NCBI GenBank assembly: GCA_964016885.1
Contig: OZ024740.1
Location: 256,060,001-256,124,000, forward strand
DNA length: 64,000 nucleotides
Source: Eledone cirrhosa
Taxonomy: Eukaryota
Direction of reading: 5' to 3'
A model generated the notes under the pieces. The model searched no databases. It had not been told where the DNA came from and saw only the letters and a list, made by a program, of their open reading frames with translations. A program made the translations under genes and the position numbers. Each line of letters begins with the position of its first letter. Position 1 is the first letter of the stretch. Below are positions 1-14,517 of this stretch, in pieces.

Positions 1-231
1 ACCGAAAACGATAAACGGAAAAAATGAAACGAAATTTCCTTTGCCACTCTTAGTACGGCTGTTACTTAAATACAAGTATGTACACGTACATGCATATATG
101 TATACAGACGTACACCCGGGTGCACCCGGCCGATTAACCCACTAGATATGCAAATTAGGCTGCTCAGCCGTTAATATGCATAAGGAAAGTATATACTTTC
201 GGACGTTCAATCATCTGGCAGGAAGGTATAC

Positions 232-270
232 GTTGCTGACGATAGCTAATAAGCTTGAAACTAGTACAGC
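232..270 (+). ncRNA. Minimal type-I hammerhead ribozyme
   Basis: GTTG-CTGACGA-TAGC taataa GCTT-GAAA-CTAG-TA-CAGC. Palindromic helix III ACTAGT; helix I extended by GGAAGG/CCTTCC. Confidence 0.75.
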
Positions 271-662
271 CTTCCTTTATCAGTGTTGAACAAACGAGCA
301 ACGGTGGTTGCTAGACACTACGGCTTAATACGGGATGTTTGTTTACAAACACACCGAGCATTATAATAGATGTTCGGTGAATCCATACGTACATATATAT
401 ATATGTGTGCATGTATGTATATATATATATACATACTACTGTACGTCTGTATACATATATGTATGTACGTGTACATACTTATATTTAAGTAACAGCCGTA
501 CTAAGAGTGGGAAATGAAATTTCGTTTCATTTTTTCCGTTTATATTTTCGGTGTACCCGGCCGATTAACTCACTCGATATGCAAATTAGGCTGCTCAGCC
601 GTTAATATGCATAAGGAAAGTATATACTTTCGGACGTTCAATCATCTGGCAGGAAGGTATAC

Positions 663-701
663 GTTGCTGACGATAGCTAATAAGCTTGAAACTAGTACAT
701 C
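663..701 (+). ncRNA. Minimal type-I hammerhead ribozyme (second tandem copy)
   Basis: Same core as 232-270: CTGACGA...GAAACTAGTA. Confidence 0.7.
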
Positions 702-1314
702 GTTCCTTTGTCAGTGTTGAACAAATGAGCAACGATGGTTGCTAGACACTGTACGGCTTAATACGGGATGTTTGTTTACAAACACACCGAGCATTATAAT
801 AAATGTTCGGTGAATCCATACGTACATATATATATGTGTGCATGTATGTATATATATATATACATACTACTGTACGTCTGTATACATATATGTATGTACG
901 TATACATACTTATATATATACATATATTCACACAAAGGCAAAGAAACATATATGTGCAGGCAGATCATGTGTTAGCGACTAACTTGTCTCAGGGAGACAT
1001 GCAGAAACAAACATACATAAAGACATAATGTCAATGAGAATGCATGTTTAAATGAAGGACTTATCTACGATCAATGATAAATCTGTAGAAATGGATAATG
1101 GGTTAGGGTGTTGGTCGGCAATGTTATGGCAGTTGAGGGCGTTGGTTAGTGCTGACTGACGACTGACACAACAGCATAGACATGATGATGATGATAATCT
1201 TCCTCACCCTCCTCATCATCATCAGTGTTGTCATCATCAATTTCATTATCAACCAGTCTCTGCCTACACACACATATTGAAACATACACACACATACACA
1301 CACATACAGTCATA

Positions 1315-1355
<41 letters not shown>

Positions 1356-1390
1356 TATAGAGTAAAGCATGTCCAGAGAATTATTTGATA

Positions 1391-1500
<110 letters not shown>

Positions 1501-1589
1501 TTGTATTATATATGTATGTATATGTATATGTATATATATATATATATACTCTACACAAACATATATATATACACACATATATATATATA

Positions 1590-2506
1590 TATACCTCGCT
1601 TTTGAATGTGTTTTTGTAAGATTTCTTATCTGAACACGTGTGTTGAAACAAATATTGTTATACTTTGTATATGCTGCCAGTAAAGACACAGTAAAGCTCC
1701 TCTTCGTTTTCACTTCAAATTATTATAAATTTCCGGTTGGTTGGTTCAATAACCTGAAGGTTGTTTATATATTGTCAAAGCTCTTTCGTCACGTCACACA
1801 TTCTGCGATCCCCCTCCTTTGTTCTATCCTACACCATCTTGTTTTTGTGTTGTGAGCTGTGTGCTTGATTTGCGCATGCGTTACATACGGGTGTCTGTTT
1901 TTATTTATTTATTCATGTATTTATTTATCTGTCAATAGTTGGTTGTTTGTTCTATCTGTGTGTGTCTGGTTTGTTTTGTTAGTTTGGTTTTTATGTGTCT
2001 CTGTATGTCTTCATCTTGTTTTTAATTACTAGTTGTGATGGTGTTGCTATTCCACTCATGTTTTCTGTTTAATTTTGGTTGGAGTTCGTTTATGTTTGTT
2101 GCTTCTGTAATTTGTTGGAGCATTGCGTCTTTTCTGTGTATGGATATGATTTCTATCTCTTTGTTCTCTAGTGTTTCCCCCTGTTCCATTTTGGCATGTT
2201 GCTGTAGTAATGACGAGCTTTCTCCATCTTGGAGTTCTCACCAGTGTTCATTTCTTCTTTCTCCTAAGCTACGGGCTGTTTCACCTATGTATGTTCTGTT
2301 CTTATTCCTACACTGTCCCTCAGTACATCTTATGCTATATACTATATTCCTAGTTTTGCAGTTAGTTTGTGGGCTTAATTTACAGAACATGCATTTCCTA
2401 TCCGGGCAGAGGGTTCTTTCAAACGGATATGTTTTAATAATTAGCGTTTTTATGGGAACACCTGGTCTTTCGACTATCTTAATATTTAATTTTTGTTCGT
2501 CGAGAA
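1590..2506 (-). mobile_element. 3' fragment of a Penelope-like element (GIY-YIG endonuclease + pseudo-LTR)
   Basis: ORF 2238-2519(-): CPDRKCMFCK...NIVYSIRC...TYIGETARSLGERRNEH (GIY-YIG). Continues past a stop to PKLNRKHEW. Homologous to 44950-45890. Confidence 0.85.
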
Positions 2507-5390
2507 CAAAGGCTCTCAACGGGGGAGTTTTGGAGCTCCAGAGGGGCGTGTGGAACTGCAGAAGGGGGCGCTGGAAGGCTCTTTACTTTGGTAAGTTTTA
2601 TAAGCCATATTTGTACGTCTCTGAGACAGCCAGTGTGACTGCATTTGAATGAGCATGCAAACAACATAACTATGGTCTGACCGCAGCTGCGAGCAGGTGT
2701 GCATGCGTGTCTAGACATTAACCAGCAATTCAGATCCTAAAAATAGAAACACCCAGTCAACTGGGTCAAGGACACTTTGAGCGCAGCCAGTTAGAATCTT
2801 GTCTCTCCTTCACCGATAACAATGTATTTCACTGACGGTCGTGCATTAAGGTAAGGGCCATAATTTCAGTAACTTAATAAGTAATGTATCTTAACTTAGT
2901 ATTATCGCGTCTTATCACTACGTCGTCGTAGCAACAAGAGCAACATTATTCATGAATTGAATTTACTGACCCGTTCATCACTGTGTTCGGCATGACCTCG
3001 ATACTTCTGCTCATTCTTACTAACATTTGGTTTGCTTGACCCCATTTTCTCTTCATTGCATTGCCACATCGTTTATTCTATAACTACTAGGTTGTTGCTA
3101 TTCCTATATAAACGTTTGCTTATCAAAATAAACTGACTGACTGTGGCTGTATTCTATAAATACTACGATCAAGTCTTCTGTTATAGCCTTGAGCTTAAGG
3201 ATGGGCTTTTGCAGTCTTCAACAGTCATCCATTACAATTGCAGCATTATTGCAGTTGCGTTTATTACAAGGCTTTATTCCAGAACATTACTTGAAACTTT
3301 ATCATACTGGAACAGGACTCATTATAGTAAGTTCCTTATACATAATTTTATAGGCTTATATAGGCGAATCTTTACGTAACTTTACCAAACACATTCGATA
3401 AACAGAAAATGGCCTGAGTGATGAAGTAAAAATGCAGCGTTGATTACTTACGGTTCGGATTCATCCCATCGCTGTCGAACCACCTGTCACCCATGTGCTT
3501 AATTTGCAAGGAGTCCTTTTCGAATGAGGCGATGAAGCCGTCGCGTTTGAGTAGATACTTGGAGATCAGGCACCCCGATAAGAGATATATAGATTTAGCA
3601 CACTTTCAGACTGTTAGGGACCAATTTCAGAAAACAACACTGATTTCTTCTGCCTTTTCAAAAGTTGAAGCTTCAAATGTTGATGGACTTGTCGCTTCTT
3701 ATAACATTGGCAACATAATTGCAAAGTGTGGCAAGTCCCATTCCTTGGGTAAAACATTGGTATCCCCTGTCATCTCAGAAGTTCTTTCAACAGTACTACG
3801 TCAGAACCCGTTAAAGACCTTGAAATGTATTCCGTTGAGTAACGACTCAATAAGGAGACGCATCGACGAAATGGCGGAAAATGTTGAACACAAATTATGC
3901 AACATCTTGAAATCGATACATTTTGATTTGCAACTTGATGAAAGCATGCTTTCCGGGAATCAGTCCTTACTACTGCGATACATACGATTTTTTTCCCACG
4001 AAAACGAAATACACGAGGAGCTTCTCTTCACTCCGAATCTAGCCACCATCTTTGAATCTGTCAGGGGATACCTTGAAGAAAAAGCGATACCTCTTAGCAA
4101 CATTTCTATCATGTGCTACAGACGGCGCAAAAGCAATGGTCGGCCAACATAGGGAATACGCCACTCTTCTGAAGAGAGAATATCCATCTGTATTTTCTGT
4201 TCATTGTGTCATTCATCGACAACACTTGGCTGTGAATAAACTCAGCGAGCCGCTGAGCAAGTACTTGCAGGTGGCCATTGATGTCATCAATTTTATCAAA
4301 CGCCATGCCCTCAATGAACGAATTTTCCGGCAACTGTGTCAAGATAATGACGAAGAATTCGTCGAGTTGCTCCTTCATACTGAAGTGAGGTGGCTTTCAA
4401 CGGGCAAGTGCCTTACTTGCATCTTTGAACTGTTAGACTCTATCATTGAGTTTCTTTGAGGACGCAACACAACCCTCGATGTGAGGCATCACTACGCCTA
4501 CCTCGCCGACATCTTCGACAAATGCAATAGCCTCATTATGGCTTTGCAGGGGGAGATCACCTTGCTTAAAGCAAGGAATGCTGTGAAAACATTCCTGGCC
4601 AAATGGAATGTCATCGAAAGAAATCTTTGTCGACGGGAATTCTATAATGTTCCTAGTGTCGCCCATGTTGAAAACATTGTGAACGATGACCAACTCCAAA
4701 TTTATACCGCGCACCTCCGTACACTACAAGACAACATAAAAGAACGGTTTGTCGACCTTTTGCAGATGGACATCTCAATGTGGATAGCAGATCCCTTCAT
4801 AGCTAATGTCGACGATTTGGACGTTAAATTTCAGGAAGAATTCATTGAATTTCAAACAGATGACATGATCAAAATAAGATTTTCCAAAATAGGTGAACCC
4901 CTTTTATGGATGCAAGAGGAAATTCAGCGTCGATTTCCACTCCTACATGCAGAGGCTAAGAGATTTGCTCTACCTTTTCCAATCTCATACTTAGTCGAGA
5001 GGGGGTTTGGCGTTGTTTCCAGATTGCACAGTAAGGCTCGCAACCGCTACAATCTAATTACACATGGAGATCTCCGGCTACATCTTACGAAAATCCAGCC
5101 TGACGTCAAAGAGTTAGCTAAACTCAATGAAGCATGAAATGAGGTCAAAGTTAAGGTAAATCGATTTATCCGAAAACTTGTATATGCTGTTCTTACGAAG
5201 CAAACTAACAGTTTTTTTTATTTGTAGTTATAGTGTGACTGGACTGGAAACAATCTACCTCAATTCACTTACCCATTTGTTGTATATATTTTATCATTTA
5301 CTAATAGATATAACCTCTTACGTGGTTATGAAAACCCTCTTCCGTGGTCTCTAAGCTCACAAAGCGGAGGGGACATCAAGTTAGATATCA
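2507..5390 (+). mobile_element. hAT (Buster/Charlie-type) DNA transposon, degenerate
   Basis: Contains the transposase pseudogene. CAAAGGCTCTCAACGGGGG at 2507 resembles a Buster/Charlie left end and coincides with the break in the PLE ORF. Right TIR not found. Confidence 0.55.
3420..5137 (+). pseudogene. hAT transposase (ZBED5/SCAND3/Buster-like), frameshifted
   Basis: Three ORF pieces: CLICKESFSNEAMKPSRL (BED finger), PLSNDSIRRRI, LQLDES, CATDGAKAM, HCVIHRQHL, LLLHTEVRWLS, YLADIF, PFPISYLVERGF. Confidence 0.9.
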
Positions 5391-5490
5391 AGATTTATTC
5401 TGTTCGTTTCATTAAAGGGAAAATTGGAAGGCTTTGAGATGATATAATTGCCATTTTCTTCCAGATAAGAGCAATCTTTGGATAGACAGA

Positions 5491-5538
<48 letters not shown>

Positions 5539-5711
5539 TTACACCGACAGGCCACCCATGCTTCCTTCCATTCAATTAGAAGGTATAAAACCATAGCATG
5601 TATATATGTGTATATATGAAGGGAGACCCAAAACAGACTTTGTTTACAAGCATCTAACGAATTTGAAAATAGGTAGTAACATGTGCTTACGCCGTATTTA
5701 ACTAATATATA

Positions 5712-5980
<269 letters not shown>

Positions 5981-6054
5981 AATAAAATATTGTAGTTCGC
6001 TTGAAGCATTGTAAATCATATATAACATTGTTTAGACTTCTATCACTTTCAACG

Positions 6055-6091
<37 letters not shown>

Positions 6092-6249
6092 GGTTGTTGT
6101 TCTGAAATAGCGATGTATACATGAATGTATGTATAGTATATTTGGCAATATACCGTATGTTTAATTAAAAACATTTTGAAGACCATATGCTATCGGTTTT
6201 AAAGCAGTGACTATGTCACTTACTTCTTTTCGGCGAAAGAAGGGAGAGA

Positions 6250-6291
6250 AGCTGACAGTCTGTTTCATGCTGGTTGGCGTTCATCAGAGCC
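6250..6291 (-). ncRNA. Minimal type-I hammerhead ribozyme
   Basis: Reverse complement: GGCT-CTGATGA-ACGC caacca GCAT-GAAA-CAGACTG-TC-AGCT. Confidence 0.65.
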
Positions 6292-6537
6292 ACGTACTCC
6301 TCTGCCTTCGCCGAAAAAAAAAAATGTGTGTATGTGTGTGTATGTGTGTGTGTCTGTGTATTTTGCTATTGGCAAATGCGACTATATGGAAGGCTTCCCT
6401 GTCCCCTTTTCTCAATATCGAGGGATTATATCACCTAATTCATTCAACTATATTAGTGTCGATATGTGCTGTAGTTGTTGCCCTATGTGGGAAACAAAAG
6501 ATTTTCTTAAATTACAATGTTACTACGCTGCTTCCAT

Positions 6538-6568
<31 letters not shown>

Positions 6569-6634
6569 AAAAAGATGAAATCGAAAATGCAACTGGAGTC
6601 TTATTTTTTTTTAAATATATATATTTATTTGGTT

Positions 6635-6671
6635 CCTTTACCGGTTTCGGAGTTCTTCTGCTTTTCAAAAG
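6635..6671 (-). ncRNA. Hammerhead-like motif, U3-A8 core variant
   Basis: Reverse complement: CTT-TTGAAAA-GCAG aagaa CTCC-GAAA-CCGG-TA-AAGG. Same family as 52865. Confidence 0.5.
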
Positions 6672-6792
6672 TAGAGTTGGGATGGAGGGTCTGTGGTTTT
6701 TCTCACATATATATATATATTGAGTTAAGAACTCAGAGTAGTCTCTTAAAATTAAATACCTCTAAGAAAAAAGCTTTTCCGAGCCGTAAAAT

Positions 6793-7042
6793 ATAATTGA
6801 ATAAACAAGAGAGATGAACACTAATATAAACATACATGTGTTCGAATCGTAAGGGCCAAATTTTCTAGGGTGAAAAAATACTAACTACAGCAATATGGTT
6901 TGTTATCCTTAACTTTATATATTAAATTAAGTAAAATTACGAAAAAAAACAGCCATATATTGGGAAAAACACCTGGTAAATTTGATCCTTACGATTCGAA
7001 CACGTGTATGTTTATATTAGTGTTCATCTCTCTTGTTTATTC

Positions 7043-7050
<8 letters not shown>
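6793..7050. repeat. Fold-back inverted repeat (arms ~80 bp)
   Basis: ATAATTGAATAAACAAGAGAGATGAACAC... at 6793 is inverted at 6969-7050. Confidence 0.85.
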
Positions 7051-7109
<59 letters not shown>

Positions 7110-8424
7110 CATATCTATCTATCTATCTTTCTATATATATGTATATATGTATATATATATATATGTATATACGTGTGTTTCGAGGTGTTTATATGAGCGC
7201 GCGCACGCTTGTGTGTGTACAGACACCAGGTATCAGTGAGGGAATAAAGCCAAGCTGTTCTCTGGTGTTTTATACAACAGTCACGCCATCAACAATAGCC
7301 ACAGATACACTGCAATGGACATGATAAATATTGGTGTATTTTAATCGGTACTACCTTAATTTATCAACTGTAGTCATTGTTGTGTCTTGGAGGGGGTTAC
7401 CTTAGAATATTTGTCAACCTGTCAATATTTCTTGTCGACCAAATAGGCTTCCTACGGTGAGAATCGATCCTTGCATCTTTCTCTTGACAGCCTGCCATCA
7501 CGCAGTTTAAAAGGATTTCAAAATATGTCGTGTCGTCACAGCTGCCGTCTGTTGTGTGTGTGCGTGTGTGTGTTTGTCTCTCTGTGAGTGCACATCGAAA
7601 TATATATATATATACATACATACGTGTGGTTGCATGCATGTGTGTGTGTGCGTTCGTGTGTAGATGTATGTCTTTAAGTTTCTGCTTATTGATATAATGA
7701 ATAAATGCTTAGACATACACACACATACATACATTCATATATATGTGTGTGTTTGTGTGTGCGCGTGTGTGCGCGCGCGCGCGCGCGTGTGTGTGTTTGT
7801 GTGTGCGTGTGTGTACGTGTGTGTGCGTGTGTGTACATGCATGCATGTATATTTATTTCATTGACAAACACACACACACGGCCACACAAACACTTTGCTT
7901 CCGCTCCTATCACTACCACAGATACTCCCTCCCTTCACCAACATATCCATACTCACCCCCAACTGGCTGCCCACTCTACCACCCCCATGTCTTAGTATTT
8001 TCATACGATGGCAGTATAATGCTGTGCAACATCTGCTCTATATACACACAATCAGGTGCATGAGTTGCCAGCAGAAAAAAACGAAGTGCCGTTTATCTTG
8101 CTCAGTATTCAACTTATTTATTTTAAGTTTGCTGTCAACCCACTATTTGAACCTGTGTCCTCTGGCCTTATGTGTGCCACCGAGGACATACGATGGCTGT
8201 AAATAAATTGACAAATTCATCATCTATGGACAATGTCACAGATGGAGTCGGCGAGTAGGAATGATGAAAAAGAATGAATTGGATCTCGGTCGGGTTAGAC
8301 GAAGAGGGTCTCAGTTTTCCGATCAACAGAACAACCTGCTCATGAAATAATCGTACACATATATATATATGAACGAAACGGTGTATGTATACACATAAAC
8401 GCACACACACACACAAACACACTC

Positions 8425-8540
<116 letters not shown>

Positions 8541-8999
8541 ATGTATATATATATATATATTGAAAAGAAGTGTGGTCGATAGAAAACGTTCCATACAGAT
8601 CACGTTATATAAGGAAAAAGATAATAAAAGAAAACGCACATTGTACAAATATAAAATATAACATGAACAAAATATAACATGAACAAAAAGTTGTTTAGCA
8701 TAGTTTGCTTTCTCAGTTTTAGATGTTCAAAACATTTCTATTTAAGATCAAGAGCGAATGATATATATAGGAATATAAAACAATACACAGGAGATAATTT
8801 GTAAATAAATGTAAGACCATATCAACTAGAAATCAACACTATAGACAGTTCAACCAAAAAATAATCAACAAGTACATATCGAACATCAAAAATTTATTTT
8901 AGTCTTTCGTATATAATTCCTTAATGGTAAGCTAGGATCATCCTTCGAACGGTAAGCTAGGATCATCAACGAGAAAGAGAGCTTATACATATTTGGTAA

Positions 9000-9840
9000 A
9001 GTATGTGTTAGTTAATCACGGCACTATTGTATGCAGGATAGAGCACTTCCCGAAGTACACAAGTGCATCTTTTTATTCTGGAATCGTCATCGTCGTCTTT
9101 TTGCTCGGGGTCCACCACTGGGTTTCCAGCCTGTTGGTTTTGCCCGTAAAATCTGTCGAGCAATTCTTTCCTTAGACATTCTAAGCACATGGCCATAGTA
9201 TCGGAGCTGGTATCTCTCAATTCGGAGAAGTATCGGCTCTACCTAGGGTGACTCTCTGATCTCCGAGCTATGCATTTTATCGAGTAACGTAACTCCAAAG
9301 ACCTTTCGGAGGAACCCCATTTAGGTCGGTTGTATTCGCGATCGTTTTCTTTCGGTCATTACCCAAGGTTCATGACTATAGGTAAAGGTTGACACGAATA
9401 CCGAATTGAAGATTACGATTTTGGCTTTTACGCCTACTTCAATTCTTCTGATTACTGAATGCTGAATCTGGCGCATTACTACACCAGCTCCTGCAATTCT
9501 TGCACTTAATTCAACTTCTTACCTTACATCACTTGTGAACACGGTCCCGATATTCTTGAATCTCTTTACCTGATTCAGTGGAACTCCATTCACATGTAGA
9601 CTGCACTGTACAGGCCTCCTTAAGAGGACGAGTGTCCCAGTTTTCGCAACACTGATTTTCATTCCAGCCATGCAGCACACGACTTAAAACCTATCGAATG
9701 CAAGTCAGAGATCACCTTCTGTCGAGTTAAGTAACACTATGTCGTCTGCAAATTCCATCCGACTGATTTTACTCTCCCCAATCATGATACCACTTCCAGC
9801 CCGGCTGAGCATGTCAATCATGTTCATGAAAATAATGATT
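9000..9840 (-). mobile_element. RTE-clade LINE, degenerate RT/3' region
   Basis: Minus-strand translation: RMEFADDIVLL, GMKISVAKT, QLRYYGHVLRM, with stops. Confidence 0.85.
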
Positions 9841-10399
9841 TCTACAATAGGCACAGGGCCAGCAATTTTGGGAGAGGAAAAATCGATTAAATCGACCTAA
9901 GTGGATTGCTGGTGCGTATTTTATCAAAGCAGGGCGTCCGAGGCTCTGCAGATACTGCCAATCCAACGCCCTTGAAAATAAATAACATTAGATGTGACAG
10001 TACTCACCCTTGGTGGAGTGCGAATCCAAAGATTAAATGGTTTGGATTTAGCACCATTTATCCGAAAACAAATACTCGGAATAAACAGACCAACTTGTGT
10101 TCAACAGATAGCTTTGACTAGACAATCTCTCTGCATCTCTTTCCCAGACACTTACCATAGACTTTATCGGGAGGCTTAACACGGAAACCTCTCTCTAATT
10201 GGAACAATCTCTCTTGTCTCTATTTTTGAAAATTGGGTTTATCACTCCCGATTGTCATTGCTCACACGAGTAAGCCAAAGAATATCTTCTTATATAGCAT
10301 CGCAGGCCGGTTTTCATCTGTTAAAAAAATATATATTTCAGTCTGCATTTCATGCCGCTAAATCTGGCGATAGGACTGCGATCTGTCCTGGGTGGCGTG

Positions 10400-11630
10400 G
10401 GATGGACGCGCAAAGATTGCGTATCGCGAGACCCAAAAGAGGGAAGGAGCAAACCTTGATAATAAGAAACTGGAACATCACAACTTTTACAGTTAAGGAA
10501 TAAGAACTAGTGGAGTACTGACTAGATATCGTCGGGGTTTCCTCGACAAAGTTCCGTGGCTCTGATATAGTACATTTGGATGTAGGATGGAAACTCCACT
10601 ATTCAGTTGTGGTGCCAGAAATGGCTGCATAGGCGAGAGTGAGGATTTTCCTCTTGAAGCTTAGGCTGAAAGATAGGTTTCTGTGCATAGTGCATATTTA
10701 TGCACCAAACAAGGAGCCCGAAAATAGGTACTTCTTTGATGAAGTCGCTGCAGCATTAGATGTAGTTAAGACTGAGTCATATATCCGTAGGGGAGACTTC
10801 AATGCACGTGTTGACAAGGACCATTTGACATGGAAAGGAGTGATTGGAAGGAATGGCGACCCAGATCTAAATACGAACGGCGAGGTTTTATTAAACATCT
10901 GTTCTAACAATTGACTCTCTATTATGAACACCTTCTTCCAGCACACAGACATCCATAAATATACATGGTATAAGAGGAATCAGGGACAGAGATCAATAAT
11001 TGATTTTGTTATTGTCTCTGATATCTTCGATTCTGTGCGGGATGTTTGTGTGAAGAGAGTGTCGGAACTGTTGACTGATGACCATCTGCAACGTGAGACT
11101 ATCTAAGGCCAAAGAAGCCCACAAAACTTGCAGGTCCAAGATGTCCTACAGGATAAAGTGGGAAGCGTTGGTGGATAAGGAAGTCCGGATCAGTTATGCA
11201 GATACTATTGCATAGATATCCAAAGAACTCCCTGAGCAAACTGGGGATGTTGAAACAGAGTGGAGATTGTTCAGCAAAGCAGTTTCTGCTCCAGCTGCGG
11301 ACGAAAGTTGAGCAAAGAAGACTTACAAAGCTTGGCTTGGGAATAAGTCCTGCTTGTACTTGTGGTACACGCAGGCATGAAGAATCGCAGCAGAGACAGT
11401 AAAGGCGTCCTAACTGAAATCATGGGAGGACGTTGGTGTTAAGCTGAAATCCGACTTCAAATCAGGAAATAAAGTGTTCTGGCAGACCACCCAACGAGTT
11501 CGTAAAAAAAGTCCTCCTCCCCACCTACTATGAGGAACGCGCCTGAGCTTCTCCTCTCTTCAGATAGGTGCATCCTCGCGAGGTGTAGAGAATATTTTGC
11601 TGATCTCCTAAACCCGATTAAAGTGTTGAC
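10400..11630 (+). mobile_element. RTE-clade LINE, degenerate AP-endonuclease region
   Basis: WNITT, IYAPN, GDFNARV, NTFFQH..HKYTW, SIIDFVIVS, LTDDH, with stops and deletions. Confidence 0.85.
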
Positions 11631-13021
11631 GTATATGAATGCTAAAATAGAATAAAGTATAATAAAAATAAGGTTGAAGATTATAATCAAGGAATATATC
11701 ACAAGCGTAAAGTAAATGGTTCAGAAGTAGAAGCAAAGGACAAAAAAAATAAATAAATAAAGAAGAACAAAAAGATGGGTTGTGCAAAAAGTACCAAGAT
11801 TAGACTATGCCAACGCCTAATATGTATCACAAAATTGATAGTCGTAGAGAGATATAGAATATGCTAAGAAACATATAAGAATTATGTTTGCAAGGAGGAA
11901 TTCCAAAGAAAAAAAGTAGAGAGTCAAGGCGTGAGTTCCACCACGAGGTCAGGGTGGACTTGGGATATATTTAGAGATCAACAGAGACAAAAGAATGTAG
12001 AAACAGGAGTCGGGGTGATTCATATGGAAACCCAGGAGGCTGTATTACTAACCATATAGTTTGAGGAATGTTCCCATCCTTACGTGTAAACAATCACCAA
12101 AGATATCATCCCTTCTATTCAGCGTTTCCTCTCCGAGTATCTCAAGGGTCACACTCAGACAGAGGTAACAAATGTCTGAGCTATCTCCGTGTGGGGATAC
12201 CTCTTGATCTTGGACCAGACCAAAGAATATGAAATTCTGTCCAATTTAAGCTTCCCTGACCAATATCTAGTGACCTTCTATATCCCTTGTGCTGATGCTG
12301 GGAGGCTATTTATTCTAAGTCATAAGTCATCGATGCTTTGCGAAAGCAACATCATGTAATAGTCCGGGATATATCAATGAATCGAAACCACAGTTGTAAT
12401 GTGTTTTCTTCTTCATGTTTTTCGGGGGGGGGGGGGGGTTCTGTTTAACTTCTAGGTGTCTCATGAGGTCATAACTGTTTCATAAAAATTATCACCGAAA
12501 TATATATAACATTGAACACATGATCGACGTTATATGTTTTGGTGGAGCACTAAAACCATATTGCTCAATAGAACTCTGCAAGAATTGTGCAGTCTTAAAT
12601 TTGTTAAATTATGATATACGCGGTGGATCCTATACATGACACGATTTGAAAGTCTTAAGATTAATTCTGCTTTTTGAATTCCACAACAATTCACAAGCCG
12701 TAAATAGTTCTTATATATATGTTTAATTTTACATAAAATGAAAACAACCAGCATGTATTACGTATAACTTATGTCAATCGTCAATACAAACTGTCGGAAT
12801 TAAACTATGGTTCGAAGTATGTAATAACTCTTCATCTTACATGGATGAAAACATACACAGTCAGACAAAGACGCAGACATAGACGCACACACATACAAAC
12901 ACATATCCACACATACATATATGACTTCAGGAATATTTCCGAATAGTCGCGCATGTATATATATAAAGATAGAGTGGGAGAGATTACACATATTCTATTA
13001 TCAAAGCATTTGTATGTAAGG

Positions 13022-13122
<101 letters not shown>

Positions 13123-13123
13123 G

Positions 13124-13164
<41 letters not shown>

Positions 13165-13611
13165 GGAGGGTTGTATGAATGTGTTTTTGTGTACGAGTGT
13201 GAATGATATAATGACAGAAAAAAAAACGAAGGAGACAAAGCGAAACAGACACACACGTAAACTCAAATAGATGGATAGATAGATGGATATATAGATAGGA
13301 AGATAGGTAGATAGATTGATAGATTGATAGATAGATAATGCGAGAGAGAGCGAGTATCTATATTCACGGGTGTGTTTGTGTGTTTATGTGTGAGTATATA
13401 TATATATATATACATATGAGTATGTACAGCTATGGGTTGGCGGCGCGTGTGTGTATCTATTGATGCCTTTAAAGACAAGACATTTGAGTGAGATAACGGC
13501 AGAAAACCGGCATTTCATCTCTGACGTCATGGCTTGTATGTTTCAGTCACACAGCTGAGTAAATAATGGCGGAAGTAGAAAGTAAGATGAAAGACAACAA
13601 CAATAACAATA

Positions 13612-13687
<76 letters not shown>

Positions 13688-14046
13688 TAATAACAATAGC
13701 AACTTTAAAAAACATTAACAATAACTACCTCAATATTGTTATCAACATAAACAAGAACAAGAATAACAATAGCACAGTTGCGAATAGCATTAAGAATAGC
13801 AAATATATAACAACTACAACAAATTCAACATCAACAAATATATATATATAAACAAGAAGGACAGCAGCATCAAGAAAACCAGCATAACCACACCAGCATC
13901 AACATGAACGTCAACAATTATTACAAGAGCATACCATATATAGCAAAAATACACTTACACGCACACAGGGTCGATCCTGCGATAAACAGGCGAAACTCCA
14001 GAATAACAACACTCACTATTAGCCTTAATAGAATGAATATGTGTGT

Positions 14047-14118
<72 letters not shown>

Positions 14119-14308
14119 TTAGGTTTGTTGGTTCACCACTGGATAGAACTGGTCATTCCGTATGGTCAACCTCGATGTAATATTAGGGAGAGCACTCAAC
14201 GTAATGCAAGTCACCCGTCTTCGTTTGTGTTGTTGGTGGTACGAGTACAGAGTTAATTATTATAAAATAAGAGGAGACTGAACTGTGTAATTCCTTAAAA
14301 GGTTTATT

Positions 14309-14366
14309 ATACTATGATCATTTCAATGACTGGGTTCAGTATGAATCCGGTGACATGATCAGGTAT
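14309..14366 (-). ncRNA. Hammerhead motif, core mutated (CTGATCA)
   Basis: Reverse complement: ATAC-CTGATCA-...-GAAA-TGATCA-TA-GTAT, then AATAAA. Confidence 0.5.
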
Positions 14367-14417
14367 TAAAATTATCAAAGAACATATATCTTAACAAATC
14401 TTTATATAGTAATATAT

Positions 14418-14517
14418 AGTTGTTTCTACTTTTGGCACAAGGCCAGCAAATAATCAGTACATTACTGGTACTTTATTTGATCGACCCCGTAAGGATGAAA
14501 GGCAAAGTTAACCTCGT
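14418..14517 (-). mobile_element. SINE fragment (Meta-domain-like core)
   Basis: TCGACCCCGTAAGGATGAAAGGCAAAGTTAACCTCG shared with 23655, 38388, 43070. Confidence 0.7.

Larger units (their letters stand above)
1..914 (+). mobile_element. Non-coding HHR-bearing tandem repeat (431-nt period) with inverted partial copy; retrozyme-like or PLE pseudo-LTR derivative
   Basis: Direct repeat: ACCCGGCCGATTAAC at 124 and 555. Positions 1-112 are an inverted copy of ~443-553. One HHR per unit. A partial inverted relative lies at ~55256-55510. Confidence 0.75.

Noticed and set aside
7401-7548. Possible minus-strand host exon (CAG...AAG/GTAACC; DGSCDDTTYFEILLNC...)
   Set aside because: No polypyrimidine tract, no recognisable protein and no partner exons.
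9000-11630. Single intact RTE element
   Set aside because: RT and endonuclease parts are on opposite strands and full of stops; two fragments or a rearranged relic.
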